Source: an uncultured Nitrosopumilales archaeon
GTDB lineage: Archaea; Thermoproteota; Nitrososphaeria; Nitrososphaerales; UBA213
Assembly (NCBI GenBank): GCA_964373125.1
Contig: CAYJSN010000003.1
Span: 10,480-74,479, forward strand
Direction: 5' to 3'
Length of the DNA: 64,000 nucleotides
Positions within the stretch are counted from its first letter, which is position 1, and every line of letters begins with the position of its first letter. The translations under genes were made by a program, and so were the position numbers. The notes below the pieces were generated by a model, which ran no database searches, had not been told where the DNA came from, and saw nothing but the letters and a program-made list of their open reading frames with translations. Below, one piece after another: positions 59,112-64,000 of the stretch.

Positions 59112-60665
59112 CTATGCCTTTGCAAGCAGCGTTATGACCTTCTTCGGGATGTCGTTAAGCCTGCTGATCGCCACGCATTTGTCGTACCCGAGCTTCTTCA
59201 GGTTTCGCGTTATGGCCAGGGCCCTAGAAGTGTTCTCGCCGATGCCGAAGGAGACCATCCTTACGCCCATCCTCCTGAGCTCGGATATTGCCTCCTTGGC
59301 GGCGGTGGGATCGTTGGGCTCGCCGTCGCTCAGGGTCAGGAATATCTCCGGCTTGAAGGATTTCACCAGCAGCTCGATGTTGCGGTAAACCTCTGCCAGT
59401 GGTGTGCCGCCGCTGGCCATCACATTCTGCACCCTGCGCTCGGAGATCTTTGTCCACCTCTCCTCTGGCGATTTGATCACCCAGCACTTCACGGCGCCTT
59501 TTGTGGTGTTGAACGCAAGGGCCACGAATTTTACGCCGAGGTAGTCCAGCACCTTGCAGAGCGCGATGAAGATGCGTTTGTAGTCGGCCTCGCCCGCCTG
59601 GATGCTGCTCGAATGATCGAGGAGGATCGCTAGCTTGCTCTTCACCCTGAGGTCGATCTCCCTCACGAAGGACTTGTCGCGGCCGTGCAGGAAGCCCTCG
59701 ACATCGAACTCCTCGCCGGTCCCGCTCTGCCTCTCCACCCACCCGCTCTTCCAGTTCTTCAGCAATCTTTGCAACTTGTTGACCAGATCGGTGTCCGGCA
59801 AAAGACTTTCAGCATCTGGCGACTCGGGGATCTCGACGGGGAACTTTGCCACGCTGACCTTTTCCTGCATCTCCGTTGCCTGGCTCAGCCTCCGTATGCT
59901 CTCGAACTCGGCCCTGATCTTCCTGCCCTCCAGGATGTCCCTTACCGATGCGTCGTACTCCTCGATCCGTCTTGCCTTCGTCTTCAGCATCCTCTCTATC
60001 AGGGCGATGAGCTCCTCGTTCCTGACCTTCACGCCCATCTTTGATCTGGCGATGGGCAGCGGAATGGAAAGAAGCGGGGCCGCGCCGAGCTCCTTCAGGA
60101 TCTTCTGCACCGACTGCTCGACCCACGAAGTTCCATAACCCTTCTGGACCGCCTCCTCGACTACATCCTCCGCGATCTTTGCCGCGCGCTCGACCCTCGC
60201 CATCTCGAAACCGTCCAGGTCTCCCTTGATGTACCCGGTAAGGAAGTACTGGGAAAACGCTACAACCCTCCTGTGTATGCCGTAGAGCGAGTTCACCACG
60301 GGCCTGTTCTGCCAGGACACGGCCTCGCTGAAGATCAGCTCGTCGATCATCCCGGGCCACTCGACCACGCCGATCCTCTCGACGCGCTTCTGCTCCAGGG
60401 TATTGAGCACGTGCCCGTACGCAACATCGTCGGAGAGTATCTTCGTGGAGTGCTTCAGCCGCATGGCCGAGAGCCAGCAGAGGACGCGCCACTGCCTGTA
60501 CCTCTCAAAGTCATTGCCGTAGTAGTGCTCCAGCGTCGGGACGACGACCGTGCTCTGCTCGAGGATCACGCGCGGCTCCGCGCTCCTCATCTTCACAACC
60601 ACGTTCCTGCCGGACCAGGCCTTCACGAGGAAGGTGGCCAGCTCAACCAGGAGATCGGTCTTCAT
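59112..60665 (-). CDS. von Willebrand factor A (VWA) domain protein, NorD/CbbO/CobT-like partner of the upstream AAA+ ATPase
   Basis: C-terminal VWA with MIDAS LDHSSSI (DxSxS). ATG 60665 forms an ATGA overlap with the ATPase stop; the track start 60725 is less likely. Confidence 0.75.
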   Translation of the reverse strand: MKTDLLVELATFLVKAWSGRNVVVKMRSAEPRVILEQSTVVVPTLEHYYGNDFERYRQWRVLCWLSAMRLKHSTKILSDDVAYGHVLNTLEQKRVERIGVVEWPGMIDELIFSEAVSWQNRPVVNSLYGIHRRVVAFSQYFLTGYIKGDLDGFEMARVERAAKIAEDVVEEAVQKGYGTSWVEQSVQKILKELGAAPLLSIPLPIARSKMGVKVRNEELIALIERMLKTKARRIEEYDASVRDILEGRKIRAEFESIRRLSQATEMQEKVSVAKFPVEIPESPDAESLLPDTDLVNKLQRLLKNWKSGWVERQSGTGEEFDVEGFLHGRDKSFVREIDLRVKSKLAILLDHSSSIQAGEADYKRIFIALCKVLDYLGVKFVALAFNTTKGAVKCWVIKSPEERWTKISERRVQNVMASGGTPLAEVYRNIELLVKSFKPEIFLTLSDGEPNDPTAAKEAISELRRMGVRMVSFGIGENTSRALAITRNLKKLGYDKCVAISRLNDIPKKVITLLAKA

Positions 60666-61480
60666 GCTGAGCCAAACATGGACGAGATCAGGTCCATCAC
60701 TTTTCTGTACTCTGTCTCTCCCCACTGCTCGTAGACGTTTGCGAAGATGGACTCGGCCGCGAGCCTCGGTTTCACGCCCGACCTGATAAGCTTGGCAAAT
60801 GCGATGGTCTCTCTTATGCTGGGGCCGTAGTAGAGCTCCTCGACGGACGCAGCCTCGCGGAGCGTGTTTGCGAGCCGGATCATCCGCCTGATCTCCTCCT
60901 GCTGGCCCTCGAGTGGTACGTGGGCCATGATTATCTCGAATTCAATGTCTTCGGGCGGGTAGTCCATCCTTATCCTGACGGGAAACCTGCTGAGCAGCTG
61001 CGGCGGCAGCTCCTTCGTCCCAACATGGGATAAGGGGTTGATCGTTGCAACGACGAACCAATCAGGGTGAGCGTCGATCACCTGCCCGCTGGCCTCCTTC
61101 AGCACCACCTGCCGTCGGTCGTCCAGCGCCTCGTCCAGCCTGAGCAGGACGTCGGCCTCGGCCGCGTTAAGCTCGTCCAAGTATAGCAGGCTGCCGCTCT
61201 TCATCGACCTGAGCAGGAGTCCTTCGACAAAGTCTACCTGGCCGTCCCCCAGGGTCTGGGAGCCGATAAGGTGGCTCTCCCTGGTCCGCAGGCTGAAGTT
61301 CACGGTGGTCATCTCCTTCCCGTGCAGGTAGGCAAACTTTCTCACAAGCGAGGTCTTGCCGGTGCCCTTCGGTCCTATGATCAGGACAAAGAGCCCGGTG
61401 CCGTGGGCCTTCCGCATCAGCTCGAGCGAATCGTTCCAGTCCAGATAAACTAGGTCCTGACCCGCGCCAGCCTTCGACAT
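60662..61480 (-). CDS. MoxR-class AAA+ ATPase of the CbbQ/NirQ/NorQ type
   Basis: 272 aa. Walker A GPKGTGKTS, Walker B LLYLDELN, single AAA module. Confidence 0.85.
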   Translation of the reverse strand: MSKAGAGQDLVYLDWNDSLELMRKAHGTGLFVLIIGPKGTGKTSLVRKFAYLHGKEMTTVNFSLRTRESHLIGSQTLGDGQVDFVEGLLLRSMKSGSLLYLDELNAAEADVLLRLDEALDDRRQVVLKEASGQVIDAHPDWFVVATINPLSHVGTKELPPQLLSRFPVRIRMDYPPEDIEFEIIMAHVPLEGQQEEIRRMIRLANTLREAASVEELYYGPSIRETIAFAKLIRSGVKPRLAAESIFANVYEQWGETEYRKVMDLISSMFGSA

Positions 61481-61597
61481 GGATTCCGCCGCTACTTCGG
61501 CTGCAGGACATATAAGTTTACTCGGGTAGCAGCTGAGTTTGCGAGCTGATCAGATTTATTCGCAAGATTTAGATTAAGATTCTCATCTGCGTCCCGC

Positions 61598-62371
61598 ATG
61601 GCAGACACCAAAGCGATCTACGCGATCGCGGTGGCAGTATTTGCAGGCCTGGCAGTAATAGCTCTGACGAACCAGTTCGCGACAAACACAGAAACCAGAC
61701 TGATCGGCGAGCAGGAAGCGTACGCCCAGTACGGCTCGATAGTGGGCATCAGGCAGAACATCATCACCGTTCAAGGTTCAGCGTCATCGAGTGTTGATCC
61801 CGACCTCCTGGTCGTGAGCTTCGGAGTGGAGACACAGGCAACTACGGCCTCGCAGGCAACCCAAGAGAATGCGCAGAAGATGAACGCAGTAGTCAACGCT
61901 GTGATGGCGCTTGGGATAACGAAGGACGATATAAGCACATCGGACTTCGCGGTGTACCCAATCTACGACACGGACTACCGGTTCATCACAGCGTACGAAG
62001 TATCCAACATGGTTACAGTGGAGACAGCCCAGCTGGACAAGGCAAGCCAGATAATCGACACAGCGACAGGAGCGGGAGCAAACAGGGTCAACAACGTCTT
62101 CTTCACGCTCTCCGGCGAGACGATGAAGAAGGTCAGCGACCAGCTCATCGGCGAGTCCGTAAAGGATGCGAAGAGCAAGGCCGGACTGGCGCTGGAACCG
62201 CTGGACATGCACGTAACTGGGGTGAAGAGCGTCTCGCTGGAATACTTTTCGATACCGCAGCCGGTTCCGCTTCTTGAGCGAGCCGTAGCGGCTGAAGCAG
62301 TGCCAACCCCGATCTTCGAGTCCGAGCAGCAGGTCAGCATGAGCGTTACCGTGATATTCCTGATAGGGTAA
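61598..62371 (+). CDS. SIMPL (DUF541) domain protein, membrane-anchored
   Basis: 257 aa. N-terminal TM, then a pattern (ITVQGSA...DLLVVSFGVETQA..TASQA...N...) typical of SIMPL/26-kDa periplasmic immunogenic protein-like domains. A T5 tract follows the stop. Confidence 0.65.
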   Translation: MADTKAIYAIAVAVFAGLAVIALTNQFATNTETRLIGEQEAYAQYGSIVGIRQNIITVQGSASSSVDPDLLVVSFGVETQATTASQATQENAQKMNAVVNAVMALGITKDDISTSDFAVYPIYDTDYRFITAYEVSNMVTVETAQLDKASQIIDTATGAGANRVNNVFFTLSGETMKKVSDQLIGESVKDAKSKAGLALEPLDMHVTGVKSVSLEYFSIPQPVPLLERAVAAEAVPTPIFESEQQVSMSVTVIFLIG

Positions 62372-62416
62372 CGCCTTCCCTACTTTTTGTTAGTCCGCCC
62401 GGTATTTACGCATCGT

Positions 62417-63397
62417 TCACTTTGACCGAAGTTCCTTGATTGTGGCTTCCACGCTGGCCCTGTCCCCGGCGTCGGGGCACTGCTCCAGGTAGGTCAGGAG
62501 GTCGCTCGCAGCGTCATTCTTGTTGCCGAGCTCGAGCCTTGCAACGGCCCTGTTCTTGTAGATCGGGCCGAACCTGCTGGGGTTGATCTCTATGGCCTTC
62601 GAGTAGTACTGCTCCGCCCTCGGATAGTCCTGCTTCTTCAGGTGGTAGTTGCCCAGCCCCCTGTAGGCCAGGTAATACTTCGGGTTGAGCTTCACCGCCT
62701 GCTCGTAGCACTTTGCAGCTTCCTCGGAGCCGAGCTCGTTGTGGACCGAGCCCAGCATGTTCCACACGCGGGGGTTCTGCGGCTCCTCGTCCCTTGCTTT
62801 CAGAAGAACCGACAGGGCCTCCTCGCGCTTGCCCTGTATGGACAGCTTCTCGGCAAGGAAGCACATACGGTTGGATGTGGTGAACAACAACCGGTCCTTC
62901 TCAACATACCTCGCCATATCGTTCGGGACCAGCACCATCGTGAGGTTGTCGTCCTGCCTCCACAGATCGGTGAATTGTTTGTAGGCGATCGCGCCTATCC
63001 TGTCGGGCTCGGGAAAGTAGGTGAGGATCCTGTTGGTGCTGTCGTCGTAGCCCGAGACAACGGTTGCGTGCTGGACGGTCTCCCTGATCCCCGGCAGGAT
63101 CACTATGGGCGGCAGGCCTTGGTCCACGCGCTTCTTCAGGTCCTCCAGCGAGCCCCGGTAGATGAATGATCTGAAGCCGTGCTTCTCGGCGAGCTGGATC
63201 CCTTCTATCATTATGGTGCCCCGCATCTTGGGGTACATCTTCGCGATCTCCTTCGCCTCGCCGAGCGGGATCTCCTCGCCCCAGTACCTGGAGACCACAC
63301 TTATGACCAAGGGCAGGCAGATGTTGTCCTCGTCCTCCCTTACGAGGGGAAGGTCGAGCGTATGCCCTGACTGCATAGTGGAGGAAGTTTGCGGCAC
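62417..63397 (-). CDS. Peptidase C39-like domain protein fused to TPR repeats
   Basis: 326 aa. N-terminal ...ICLPLVISVVSRYWG...HATVVSGYDD (Cys/His papain-like arrangement). The C-terminal half has at least 4 TPR-like repeats (AAKCYEQAVKLNPKYYLAYRGLGNYH...). Confidence 0.6.
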   Translation of the reverse strand: MPQTSSTMQSGHTLDLPLVREDEDNICLPLVISVVSRYWGEEIPLGEAKEIAKMYPKMRGTIMIEGIQLAEKHGFRSFIYRGSLEDLKKRVDQGLPPIVILPGIRETVQHATVVSGYDDSTNRILTYFPEPDRIGAIAYKQFTDLWRQDDNLTMVLVPNDMARYVEKDRLLFTTSNRMCFLAEKLSIQGKREEALSVLLKARDEEPQNPRVWNMLGSVHNELGSEEAAKCYEQAVKLNPKYYLAYRGLGNYHLKKQDYPRAEQYYSKAIEINPSRFGPIYKNRAVARLELGNKNDAASDLLTYLEQCPDAGDRASVEATIKELRSK

Positions 63398-63436
63398 AAT
63401 AAAAAGTTATTCGAATAAAAATTTGGTTCTCTGCGC

Positions 63437-63955
63437 TTACTGAACGTCCACGTGCTCCTTGCCCTTGTTCTCGTCCAACTTCTTCAGCTCGCGCAGAAGG
63501 AACTCTCTATACTTAGCCCTGTCCGCCTTGCTTATCCTGTCCATGTTCTCGCCGAGCATTGTCGCCATCGACGTTATCCTGTCGAGCACGTCCAGCGCGA
63601 TGAACCTGCCGACATTTCCGACCCGCATCACTACGTCTAGCTGCTTCTTCACCGTCTCCTGGATGACCTGCATGTCCTCAAGGACCTCCAGTCCTTTCTT
63701 CGTTATCTGGTACTTTCCCTCCTCGGTCTCCTCGATGAGGCCTTCCTGCAGCAGCCTACCCAAAAGCGGGTAGACGAGCCCCGCAGAGGGCTTCCACATC
63801 CCTTCGCTCTGCTCTGCCGCCTCCTCCATGATCTGCTTCCCTGTCATCTGTCTCTCTTTCAGGAGGGTCAGCACATAGTAGCGCGAGAACCCCCTGGGAA
63901 CCGAACTTCCGACTCGCTGTAGCCATGATGCTATCATATCGCTAGTGAGTATCAC
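63437..63955 (-). CDS. PadR-family transcriptional regulator
   Basis: 172 aa. YYVLTLLKERQMTGKQIMEE...PSAGLVYPLLGRLLQEGLIEE winged-helix core of PadR. Confidence 0.75.
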   Translation of the reverse strand: MILTSDMIASWLQRVGSSVPRGFSRYYVLTLLKERQMTGKQIMEEAAEQSEGMWKPSAGLVYPLLGRLLQEGLIEETEEGKYQITKKGLEVLEDMQVIQETVKKQLDVVMRVGNVGRFIALDVLDRITSMATMLGENMDRISKADRAKYREFLLRELKKLDENKGKEHVDVQ

Positions 63956-64000
63956 TAGCGACTATTTATACCTTCCTGCTTCGTGCAGATAGCGGCAGAC

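Overview
The window reads as archaeal chromosome, most likely from a Nitrososphaerales-like thaumarchaeon. Supporting content: class I LysRS, aEF-2, ribosomal proteins L15e/L31e/L39e, Elp3, a nurA-herA-mre11-rad50 operon, futalosine-pathway menaquinone genes, several cupredoxins, PEFG-CTERM-type sorting tails and a degenerate FtsZ-like gene. Coding density is high on both strands. Many long antisense ORFs in the track are shadows of real genes. I found no rRNA and no CRISPR array.

Most of the window is housekeeping:
- purM, elp3, lysK, sulfite reductase plus rhodanese, msrB
- UbiD and Mqn genes, purP, an ABC-2 exporter
- DSB-repair operon, truD, a CDF transporter, serA-like, aspartase/fumarase, MtaB-like, a NorQ/VWA pair

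Four observations stand out:
1. The essential aEF-2 gene is split across two frames by a 31-nt insert (28051-28081). By hand-folding, the insert forms a helix-bulge-helix-bulge-helix motif whose predicted cut sites restore the consensus ...QIR|NFGVIAHVDHGKTT... junction exactly. It is a candidate endonuclease-spliced mRNA intron.
2. tRNA-Arg(GCG) carries a 42-nt D-loop intron that fits the same cleavage rule.
3. Downstream of that tRNA, its last 22 nt recur twice more as perfect direct repeats. These bracket two AT-rich, promoter-bearing toxin-antitoxin cassettes (aRelB/RelE and AbrB/VapC) with no integrase.
4. An AT-rich gene of unknown function sits between nurA and herA.

Smaller points include a cupredoxin-beta-propeller fusion, a CuA-like variant site, duplicated promoter/leader segments flanking two genes, and an L31e with a long acidic tail.

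All calls come from hand translation and motif recognition, with no database search. Self-derived coordinates may be off by a few nucleotides.
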